32,000 bases of DNA, taken from the NCBI RefSeq assembly GCF_002310835.1, contig NZ_CP011041.1, positions 2,400,001 to 2,432,000 of the forward strand. Reading direction: 5' to 3'. This DNA comes from Pseudoalteromonas tetraodonis. Its GTDB lineage: Bacteria; Pseudomonadota; Gammaproteobacteria; Enterobacterales; Alteromonadaceae. The notes below the pieces were generated by a model. That model made no database searches. It saw only the letters and a list, made by a program, of their open reading frames with translations, and had not been told where the DNA came from. This document shows positions 10,127 through 17,563 of this stretch, piece after piece; positions within the stretch are counted from its first letter, which is position 1, and each line of letters opens with the position of its first letter. The position numbers and the translations under genes are program-made.

Positions 10127-10936
10127 ATGCGTTTTTTAGTTGTATCACTTTTTATTGTATTAGCTTCAGGTTGTGCCGTAGTTAAGCAGCCTGCAGAACC
10201 TTTAGCAATGCCTGCAAAACCTTTGCTTAAGAGTCAAACTTACCAACTTAAATATGAAACCGAGCATGCTTCACCGAAAGTAAAATCGGTGCAATTACCT
10301 GCACATAACATTAAAAAAAATCAGACTGTCAGAGTGATCGTAGACCGTGCAAGTGTCACCGACACATTAGTATCTCAAATTAGCCAAGCACTTAACGATA
10401 AACAACTAAAAGTTACCACAACCGATAACAGTGATTACACGTTAGCTATCCATCAAGTTGACCTTGAGTTTATAGATGATGCTAAGTACATCCTAGCGCA
10501 GCCAGAAAAACCTTATTCATTGTTTTCAAAAGTAGCACAGCAATTCCCTTCTCAACAATGCGCAAATATACTGGCACAAGTTAGTATGCGCCTTACACAC
10601 AAAGCATCGGGAGATGTAGTTTGGTTTGCCAAATCATCAATAGATAGTGCAAGCTTTCACCGTGAGCCCCTAATCTATAGCTTTACTGAAGAAAAGAAGA
10701 TCACTAACGAGTTAGAAGTTGTTGCGTTTATTCATAAACATAATACCGAACAGGCTCGGCTTAAGCGTGCTGAACTTAAAAATGAAGTAACGGCCCCTGC
10801 TTATAAAACCATTACTAAACTGAGTCGTTTAACTAAATTAAATGGGCCATGTACACGTACTGAGATAAGCGCATTAACTCCCATGATGCAATTTTACTTA
10901 AGCAGTATACTTATCGATAAAATTAAGGTTCAGTAG
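10127..10936 (+). CDS. orphan lipoprotein (no family recognised)
   Basis: MRFLVVSLFIVLASGCAVV has a lipobox, LASG-C. The ATG at 10127 is preferred over the TTG at 10106 used by the track. I recognise no catalytic motifs. Confidence 0.6.
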   Translation: MRFLVVSLFIVLASGCAVVKQPAEPLAMPAKPLLKSQTYQLKYETEHASPKVKSVQLPAHNIKKNQTVRVIVDRASVTDTLVSQISQALNDKQLKVTTTDNSDYTLAIHQVDLEFIDDAKYILAQPEKPYSLFSKVAQQFPSQQCANILAQVSMRLTHKASGDVVWFAKSSIDSASFHREPLIYSFTEEKKITNELEVVAFIHKHNTEQARLKRAELKNEVTAPAYKTITKLSRLTKLNGPCTRTEISALTPMMQFYLSSILIDKIKVQ

Positions 10937-10951
10937 TTGCAGGACGACCGC

Positions 10952-10965
10952 TACATTTTTTTACA
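10952..10965 (+). promoter_or_regulatory. RstA-box-like direct repeat upstream of mipA paralogue A
   Basis: TACATTTTTTTACA matches the E. coli RstA box consensus TACATNTNGTTACA at every specified position except one (T for G at position 9). The TACA half-sites are 10 bp apart. The box abuts the -35 position of a TATACT -10-like hexamer at 10988-10993 and lies 64-77 nt upstream of the ATG at 11029. Confidence 0.4.
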
Positions 10966-11028
10966 GATTTAGCCAAGAGTTTGACAATATACTACCCTTT
11001 TAAGCAAACTCTAATTTAGGTTCCAAGG

Positions 11029-11886
11029 ATGAAGCATTTCCCACAAAGACATTTTTTCCGTTGTACAGCCTTATTGTTTGCGCTCATTTTTAGTGGCCAG
11101 AGCACAGCAAGCAATCGTTACTATGCCGATAACACATTGGAACCCACTACAGGGTTTGCCTGGGACTGGAGTGCAGGAGCTGGTTATTACATAGAAGATT
11201 CTTATTTGGTGGGGATGAATTCTTATGATGTTGGCGCCGAGTTAGATTTAAGCCTTGCGGTTTCTTACGATAATTTTTACCTTGATTTTGATCATAATCA
11301 ACTCAGCGGTGGACTTGTTTTAGGCTATAGCTTAATTAACAAATACGATTGGGGCCTTGATTTATTAGGTACTAATTCGCAAGCCGGGTTTGACGAACAA
11401 GGCTTAGGTATTTATAACGATGGCATTATTGAGCCACTGCGCGGTATCAAAAAACGTAACTATGATTTTGATACTGGCCTTCGATTAACACGTCGATTTG
11501 AAAACTCACAAATTTCCCTTGAATACTTACATGATATATCTGGTGCTCATAATGGCTGGGTGGCAAACGTATTTTTTAGTCATATTCAGCCTTGGCGTAA
11601 TTGGGAGTTTCGCTCTGGTATTGGCCTAAGTGCCTACTCTGCAGATTTTACAAACTATTATTTTGGTATTGATAGCGATGAAGCAAACGCAACTCGCCCT
11701 ATTTATCAAACCAATGCCAGTACCAGTATTATGTTTGAATTTCATGCTGAATATCCCATTAATCAAGATTGGGTCTTTTTAGCAGGCTGGTTAACTACTT
11801 GGTTTTCAAAAGAAATTGATGACAGCCCAATTATTTCCCAAGGATATCAACACAAAGCCAAGGTAGGCGTGCGTTATGTACTTTAG
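11029..11886 (+). CDS. MipA/OmpV-family outer-membrane beta-barrel protein (paralogue A)
   Basis: The signal peptide is CTALLFALIFSGQSTA. The sequence has an alternating beta-strand pattern. Family-typical motifs are shared with E. coli MipA and with paralogue B: LHDISG, NYYFGIDS (E. coli has NEYYYGVS) and IDDSPII (E. coli has TDSPMV). Confidence 0.7.
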   Translation: MKHFPQRHFFRCTALLFALIFSGQSTASNRYYADNTLEPTTGFAWDWSAGAGYYIEDSYLVGMNSYDVGAELDLSLAVSYDNFYLDFDHNQLSGGLVLGYSLINKYDWGLDLLGTNSQAGFDEQGLGIYNDGIIEPLRGIKKRNYDFDTGLRLTRRFENSQISLEYLHDISGAHNGWVANVFFSHIQPWRNWEFRSGIGLSAYSADFTNYYFGIDSDEANATRPIYQTNASTSIMFEFHAEYPINQDWVFLAGWLTTWFSKEIDDSPIISQGYQHKAKVGVRYVL

Positions 11887-12262
11887 ATTTTTTTACTGTT
11901 TATTGTTTAGTTATTCAGGCTCTTTGCTGGCAGCCCCAGTGCAAATACCCGCTCAATTGAGTGCAGTACCTGATACCTGTGTGGCCTTACGTGAAGGACG
12001 TCACTGTTACGCCGATGTTGTTTTGTCATGGCAGCAAGTAGAAGTGGGAAATTATTGTCTACGCGATGCCACCTCAAAGTACATTATGCAGTGCTGGCTT
12101 AAACAGCGACAAGGTTCGTTTAATTATGCCTTTGACTCAACGCAAAGTATTTCGTTTGAACTATTTGACAGTAATACATCACAAGTCATTGCCGTCACAG
12201 AAGTAAAATTACAATGGGTGTATCAAAATAGGCAAAAAAAGCGGCGTTGGCGGTTATTTTAG
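11876..12262 (+). CDS. small secreted four-cysteine protein (DUF3019-like), paralogue A
   Basis: The signal peptide is MYFRFFYCLLFSYSGSLLA-AP. The Cys pattern is C-x8-C-x16-C-x11-C-W. The C-terminal tail is basic and aromatic (RQKKRRWRLF). The gene overlaps the mipA-A stop by 11 nt. The DUF3019 family name is from memory and was not verified. Confidence 0.6.
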   Translation: MYFRFFYCLLFSYSGSLLAAPVQIPAQLSAVPDTCVALREGRHCYADVVLSWQQVEVGNYCLRDATSKYIMQCWLKQRQGSFNYAFDSTQSISFELFDSNTSQVIAVTEVKLQWVYQNRQKKRRWRLF

Positions 12263-12319
12263 TCACACACTATAAACATTATGATAGCTAAACATCATTT
12301 AGGTATGCGAAGAAAGCTT

Positions 12320-13024
12320 ATGGATAATTACGGTACTATTTTACTGGTTGAAGATGATATTTCTCTTGCACAATGGGTCACTGAGTATTTAACAGAGCAA
12401 GGCTATGTTGTACATGTATGTCATCGAGGTGATGAGGTAATAAGCCAAGTAAAACGTTTAAACCCACAACTTATTTTACTCGACATTATGCTGCCAGGGC
12501 TTGATGGTATTAGTGTATGTCGTGATCTACGTAGCTTTTATCATGCCCCAATTATAATGCTTACTGCCCGCGATGAAGAAATGGATGAAGTCATTGGGCT
12601 AGAAGTCGGTGCTACCGATTATATAATAAAACCAGTACGCCCTCGCGCATTGCTTGCACGCATTAAATCTGCCTTGCGCTACAGTAGCGACACGCCTAAA
12701 ACCGATGATCAAGCAAATATGATCAATATCGGTCAATTAAGTATTAATACCGAGTCACGCAACGTTACCCTTAACCAACAGGATGTGAACATTTCAAGCG
12801 CAGAGTATTTATTACTGCATTACTTAGCCAGTAATGCAGGACAAGTTGTTTCCCGCGATGCGGTGTTTAAAGCAACCAAAGGCAGGGAATATGATGGCTT
12901 AGATAGAAGCGTTGATGTGCTTATTTCTGCCTTGCGTAAAAAGTTTAATGATGACCCACAAAAACCAGAAAAAATTAAAACCATTTGGGGACGTGGTTAT
13001 TTGTTTGTGACTACAGCGTGGTAA
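12320..13024 (+). CDS. OmpR-family response regulator, RstA-like (paralogue A)
   Basis: The receiver domain has ILLVEDD, LILLDIMLPGLDG and IKP. The winged-helix region has REYDGLDRSVDVLISALRKKF and IKTIWGRGYLFVTTAW. These align closely with E. coli RstA (YDGLDRSVDVAISRLRKKL and RIKTVRNKGYLFAPHAW). The ATG at 12320 is preferred over the track start at 12281. Confidence 0.85.
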   Translation: MDNYGTILLVEDDISLAQWVTEYLTEQGYVVHVCHRGDEVISQVKRLNPQLILLDIMLPGLDGISVCRDLRSFYHAPIIMLTARDEEMDEVIGLEVGATDYIIKPVRPRALLARIKSALRYSSDTPKTDDQANMINIGQLSINTESRNVTLNQQDVNISSAEYLLLHYLASNAGQVVSRDAVFKATKGREYDGLDRSVDVLISALRKKFNDDPQKPEKIKTIWGRGYLFVTTAW

Positions 13025-13110
13025 GTTTTAATGCCTGAGTGCTTAAAATAATTAGCGCGATAGTAATAAAAGTCACTTCAGTACACCCAGCCTATTATGG
13101 AATAGCATCA

Positions 13111-14400
13111 ATGAAAAAGTTTTATATTTCACTACTAGGCAGTGCGCTGCTTTCAATTATTGTTTTAGGTTGGCTTATTGATGCATTTAGCCAACAAGCG
13201 CATGCGCCTTTGGATGAGTTTAGCGTTCAAAGCCAGATTATTGTCGGGTTAAGTAAACAGCTCACGGCGCTTAAACCCGATGCTCGCCCGCAACAAGTAA
13301 CAAAACTAGCCGCTGACTTTGACCTTATACTTAACTACAAATTAAATCAGTCGCTGGCACTGCCCTTAGCGCTATTAGATAAAATGCAAACCCAAGGCGG
13401 ATTAATACTCGAAGACGAGCAAGGCTTTTATATGCTCTACACAAATGATGAGTTAAGTCCTTATCATTTAACCATGCGTTTAGATAAACCCTATGAGGCC
13501 ACACAACGAAACGATATTATTTTAACGCTATTATTTTACACTGGCTTATGTGTTTTTATGGGTTTTATTATTACCCCTTTAGCAAAGCGCCTTACGGTGT
13601 TAAACGAAGCAGCAAAGCAATTTGCATCTGGTAATGTTAAAGCGCGTATTACCCCCTCTCGATTTACCTATATAAAAGATGTGGAACTGACCTTTAACCG
13701 TATGGCGAGTCAAATTGAAAAGCTAGTTGCTGAAAACAAGCTAATGGCCTCCAGCTTATCGCATGATATTAGAACTCCAATTGCTTGCTTACGCTTTGGT
13801 GTCGACGCCGCTCTTGATAGTCATGACGAGAGTAAAATAAAGCATTATTTAACTCGCATGGAAACCGACTTAGACCATATGGAGTCAATGCTAAAAAGCT
13901 ATTTAACGTTTGCTACTTTAGAGCAAAATGCGAATAAGCTTACTTACTCATCAGCAAACCTTAAACAATACCTAAGTGATATTGTATTGCAACTTGAGCC
14001 TAGAATAACCTCTCGCTCGCTTAATATTTCTTTAGAATGTGATGATCATACCGTTTATGCTGACTTACATTGGCTGGCAAGAGCAATCTCCAACTTAATT
14101 AATAATGCCTGCGACTTTGCAAATCACAGCATTCAAGTAACCGCTTCAGTACAAGAACGTTTTCTGGTGGTGAACATCGCCGACGACGGACCAGGCATTG
14201 CTCAAGAAAATAATCATAAAGTATTTAGCCCATTTTTTCGTGAACGCAGCCACCGTAATCGCAGTGATAATAGTTATGGCTTGGGGTTAGCAATCGTCGC
14301 CAAAGTTGCCGATTGGCATCATGGCACCGTAAAAGTGAGTAAAAGTGAACGGCTCTCAGGCGCCTGTTTCACATTAACCATCGCTCAGTTTGAACATTAA
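13111..14400 (+). CDS. sensor histidine kinase, RstB-like (paralogue A)
   Basis: Two TM helices flank a periplasmic segment of about 130 aa, followed by a HAMP domain. The H-box is SLSHDIRTP, the N-box is LINNACDFA, G1 is DDGPGI and G2 is GLGLAIV. The ATG at 13111 (MKKFYISLLGS) is preferred over the track start at 13039. Confidence 0.85.
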   Translation: MKKFYISLLGSALLSIIVLGWLIDAFSQQAHAPLDEFSVQSQIIVGLSKQLTALKPDARPQQVTKLAADFDLILNYKLNQSLALPLALLDKMQTQGGLILEDEQGFYMLYTNDELSPYHLTMRLDKPYEATQRNDIILTLLFYTGLCVFMGFIITPLAKRLTVLNEAAKQFASGNVKARITPSRFTYIKDVELTFNRMASQIEKLVAENKLMASSLSHDIRTPIACLRFGVDAALDSHDESKIKHYLTRMETDLDHMESMLKSYLTFATLEQNANKLTYSSANLKQYLSDIVLQLEPRITSRSLNISLECDDHTVYADLHWLARAISNLINNACDFANHSIQVTASVQERFLVVNIADDGPGIAQENNHKVFSPFFRERSHRNRSDNSYGLGLAIVAKVADWHHGTVKVSKSERLSGACFTLTIAQFEH

Positions 14401-14604
14401 TCAACAATGCAAAGATGCTCAATACAGCTGATAAACGAAATATAATTAAAAAAATTGTGCTATTTATAATCAAAATACGCACGTGTTATTTATACAGCTA
14501 AATAAAACGCAATAATTGTGCAACAGAGACAAATAAGCACTTTTTATTTAATTACAATTCCAGTAGATTGTCACGGCGTCGAAAAAATAGAGAAGCAGAA
14601 TAAT

Positions 14605-15960
14605 ATGAGTGCAGTAAGAGGTGAGTTTAGCTCCCGCTTTGGTTTTATAATGGCTGCGGCAGGATCAGCTGTTGGCTTGGGTAATATTTGGGGTTTTCCG
14701 ACTCAAACAGCAAGTAATGGGGGCGCTGCATTTTTAGTCGCGTATTTAGTACTGGCTTTCTTTTTAGCCTACCCCGCTTTAATGGCAGAACTGATGATAG
14801 GTCGCCATGGGCAAGCTAATGCGGTTTCTTCATTAACTAAATTAACCACGCGACCATGGCAAAAGCAATTTGCCTTTGCTGTCGGTTTTGGTGGTATTTT
14901 ATGTGCTGGATTTATTTTAAGTTTTTATGCCATTGTTGCCGGTTGGATGTTAAGTGCCACTTTAGAACCGGTAACCACATTAGTAGGCGCTGATGCCGCC
15001 TCTTTATGGTTAAGTGAGCAGTCGCTTACTCGTAATATTCTTTTCACTGTTTTATTTATTATTTTAACTGTTGCTATTATCAGCCGCGGTGTAGAAAACG
15101 GCATTGAAAAATGGTCTAAACGCTTAATGCCCGCTCTGCTCGGTATTTTGTTTGCCTTAATTGCCTACGTGATGACTCAAGAAGGCGCTGTTGAGGGGTT
15201 AAAAGCTTACTTAGTCCCTGACTTTTCTTCTATTTTTGACCCTACATTGTTAGTGAGTGCCTTAGGCCAAGCTTTCTTTTCACTGTCACTGGGCACCAGT
15301 GTGATGATTATATATGGCTCATATATCAGTAAAAAAGAAAACCTTGTGTCCCTTGGCGCGTATGTAACCTTAATTGATGTGTTTATAGCGTTTGTAGCGG
15401 GTTTATTGATCATCCCTGCTATGTACGTGGCACAAGCGCAAGGTGTTGAAATATTCTCTTCAACTACAGGTAAACTTCTCTCTGAAGATACTCTCGTATT
15501 TCAGGTATTGCCTGCCTTATTTGATGGCATGGGTGGTGTAGGTTTATTTGTTGGCTTTGCTTTTTTTGCATTGATGAGTATTGCCGCACTAACTTCATCT
15601 ATTTCCATGTTAGAAGCGCCAGTGTCGTACACGGTAGAGCGCTTTGCGATGAAACGTGTTCAAGCAACGTGGTTAATAGGCGCTTTAATTGCCATAGTGA
15701 GCATTACCATTGTGTGTAACCTAGGCACTTTATTTGGCTTAGTGATCACCCTAACAACCAAAGTTGCACAACCTTTATTAGGGCTTATGTGCTGTATATT
15801 TGTAGGTTGGATCTGGTACAGATCGTCACTACTAAAAGCGATTCAACAAGGTAACCCTGAGGTGCATAATACGTTATTTTGGAAGATATGGCCTTGGTAT
15901 ACTAAGTTTGTATGCCCTATTGCCATTAGCTTAGTATTCTTACATTCCCTACTAAGCTAG
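14605..15960 (+). CDS. sodium-dependent neurotransmitter:sodium symporter (NSS/SNF) family transporter
   Basis: The N-terminus is MSAVRGEFSSRFGFIMAAAGSAVGLGNIWGFP, containing the NSS hallmark GLGNIWxFP. About 11-12 TM helices are predicted. The ATG at 14605 is preferred over the track start at 14518. Confidence 0.85.
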   Translation: MSAVRGEFSSRFGFIMAAAGSAVGLGNIWGFPTQTASNGGAAFLVAYLVLAFFLAYPALMAELMIGRHGQANAVSSLTKLTTRPWQKQFAFAVGFGGILCAGFILSFYAIVAGWMLSATLEPVTTLVGADAASLWLSEQSLTRNILFTVLFIILTVAIISRGVENGIEKWSKRLMPALLGILFALIAYVMTQEGAVEGLKAYLVPDFSSIFDPTLLVSALGQAFFSLSLGTSVMIIYGSYISKKENLVSLGAYVTLIDVFIAFVAGLLIIPAMYVAQAQGVEIFSSTTGKLLSEDTLVFQVLPALFDGMGGVGLFVGFAFFALMSIAALTSSISMLEAPVSYTVERFAMKRVQATWLIGALIAIVSITIVCNLGTLFGLVITLTTKVAQPLLGLMCCIFVGWIWYRSSLLKAIQQGNPEVHNTLFWKIWPWYTKFVCPIAISLVFLHSLLS

Positions 15961-15974
15961 TTAAAAGATGCATA

Positions 15975-16002
15975 AAAAAGGCCCACATCAGTGGGCCTTT
16001 TT
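15975..16002. terminator. bidirectional terminator between the convergent NSS and GNAT genes
   Basis: The sequence reads AAAAAGGCCCAC-ATCA-GTGGGCCTTTTT, a 7-bp GC-rich core with flanking A and T runs. Confidence 0.8.
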
Positions 16003-16014
16003 AGTGGAGCGATA

Positions 16015-16458
16015 CTACTGCTTTAAAATCATATCCTGATGGGGTATGCCATCTTCTATATATTCATCACCAACACATTCAAAACCGAATGCGCGATAAA
16101 AATTCAGTAGGTAGGTTTGTGCGCCAATATAAATATCGCGAGTCGGCCATTGCGCCTTACAGCATGCTATTGCTTCATTGACTAACTGTTTGCCTAATCC
16201 AGAACTTCGCTGTGATTGAGCAACCAATACACGCCCTATCGCACTGTACTGAGCATCTTTTTCATAACAACGGGCATAGGCATGCACCGATAGCCCATCA
16301 AGTAAATAGACATGATGTGTAGAGTCTGCGATATCGTGATCATCAAGTTCGGGGTAAGGACATGCTTGTTCTACAACGAATACGTCGACACGTACACGCA
16401 TGATTGAAAACAGGGTTTGGGAGTCGAGCGCAGAGAATGGCTCACATTTAAACGCCAT
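16015..16458 (-). CDS. elaA: GNAT family N-acetyltransferase, ElaA-like
   Basis: RVRVDVFVVEQACPYPELDDHD, GRVLVAQSQRSSGLGKQL and GAQTYLLNFYRAFGFECVGDEYIEDGIPHQDM parallel E. coli ElaA (CAVFVVEQNCPYQDIDGDD and GAQAHLQNFYQSFGF...EEDGIPHIGM). Confidence 0.75.
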   Translation of the reverse strand: MAFKCEPFSALDSQTLFSIMRVRVDVFVVEQACPYPELDDHDIADSTHHVYLLDGLSVHAYARCYEKDAQYSAIGRVLVAQSQRSSGLGKQLVNEAIACCKAQWPTRDIYIGAQTYLLNFYRAFGFECVGDEYIEDGIPHQDMILKQ

Positions 16459-16510
16459 TTAAATACCTTTTTTATTGCAGGGGCTTACCTAAAGTAAGCC
16501 CCTAAAGCGA

Positions 16511-17254
16511 TTAAGCAAATAATCGCTCTAACTGATCACATAACTGCGATAAATTAACATGGTCATGCTCTATGGTTAAATCAACATAGCCATCACTTCT
16601 AAACGCTCTGTCTAATTCAATCAATACATGGGTTTTATGCGCTTCAGGAATAAACGACAACTCAATTTCTTTTATGCCAAACAAACTGCGGCTATTAGGC
16701 TGATACTCAAGCTCTTGATAACACCCCGACACAGATTGAAAAGTAGGAGCACGTAAATGGCCTTGCTCTACATCGGCTTTAACTAAACTAAAACCAAGCT
16801 TTTCCATCGCTTGCATGCATGTTTTAACCGCCTCATTAGGATAAATGTGTAAATGGTCTTTATCTGTTGGATCAAGCGCAAGGTCAATATCAAGGCCTGT
16901 TTCTAACCATACATAAGATTGATTATAACCTGCATTAATTTCAGTTATAGGCGTTTCTGAGTGTAAACGGGCTTCAAACGGAATAGTTCTTACTTCACCG
17001 GGCTCAATAATACCAATATCGGTAATGCGCCACTGGTCAATCACATGATTAGTGAAATAATCACCGTCTTCACTCGCCACTTTGACACGGGTAACTAACA
17101 TTAAGTCTAAACCGGTAATTTCTTGGCTCACATCGCCTGCAGTAATTACAATTTGCGCGTTAAATAATTGCCCCGGCTGAAGATGCTCGGTCTCTAAAAT
17201 AGTATCTACTTTGGCGGCACCAATGCCTACCGATGCTAAAATCTTTTTAAACAT
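16511..17254 (-). CDS. SpoOM (Spo0M) family sporulation-control-like protein
   Basis: The N-terminus MFKKILASVGIGAAKVDTILE is characteristic of the SpoOM family, and the size of about 250 aa fits. Confidence 0.7.
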   Translation of the reverse strand: MFKKILASVGIGAAKVDTILETEHLQPGQLFNAQIVITAGDVSQEITGLDLMLVTRVKVASEDGDYFTNHVIDQWRITDIGIIEPGEVRTIPFEARLHSETPITEINAGYNQSYVWLETGLDIDLALDPTDKDHLHIYPNEAVKTCMQAMEKLGFSLVKADVEQGHLRAPTFQSVSGCYQELEYQPNSRSLFGIKEIELSFIPEAHKTHVLIELDRAFRSDGYVDLTIEHDHVNLSQLCDQLERLFA

Positions 17255-17563
17255 ATTTTCTCCTTAAGCTAAGCAACTCTAATGTTTGCTTACGCTTAAA
17301 CTCCTTCGTTATGGCATCTTAACCACATTTAAAAGCTCTTGTCAGCGAAAAACTGCTATTTACATGCTGTTTACCATAAAACTAGCCATATATGTGCGTT
17401 TTTTATACATTGAAGCTACTTTACCTCTGCATAAACTGACAGTAGCAATCATTTGATAAATACTCACTATCACGTAACTAACTGCGTTAAATAAGTAGAT
17501 TAATTGTCAATAAGCATTGTTTTTCGCTACACTACAGTGCCTAAAAAAGTGGTATTAATAACT

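Noticed and set aside
10313-10320. An A8 homopolymer in the lipoprotein gene as a slipped-strand phase-variation tract (also T8 at 9877-9884 and T8 at about 7846-7853).
   Set aside because: Runs of 8 A or T encoding Lys-Lys are expected by chance in a genome this AT-rich. One of the tracts lies in essential-type rlmE. No longer tracts or repeat-unit arrays were seen.
17365-17457. A 30-codon hydrophobic mini-ORF (MLFTIKLAIYVRFLYIEATLPLHKLTVAII) in the 309-bp spo0M/antiporter intergenic region. A 17-codon ORF also starts at 19146.
   Set aside because: There is no Shine-Dalgarno sequence and no recognisable family. AT-rich intergenic DNA readily yields ORFs like these. They are not supportable from sequence alone.
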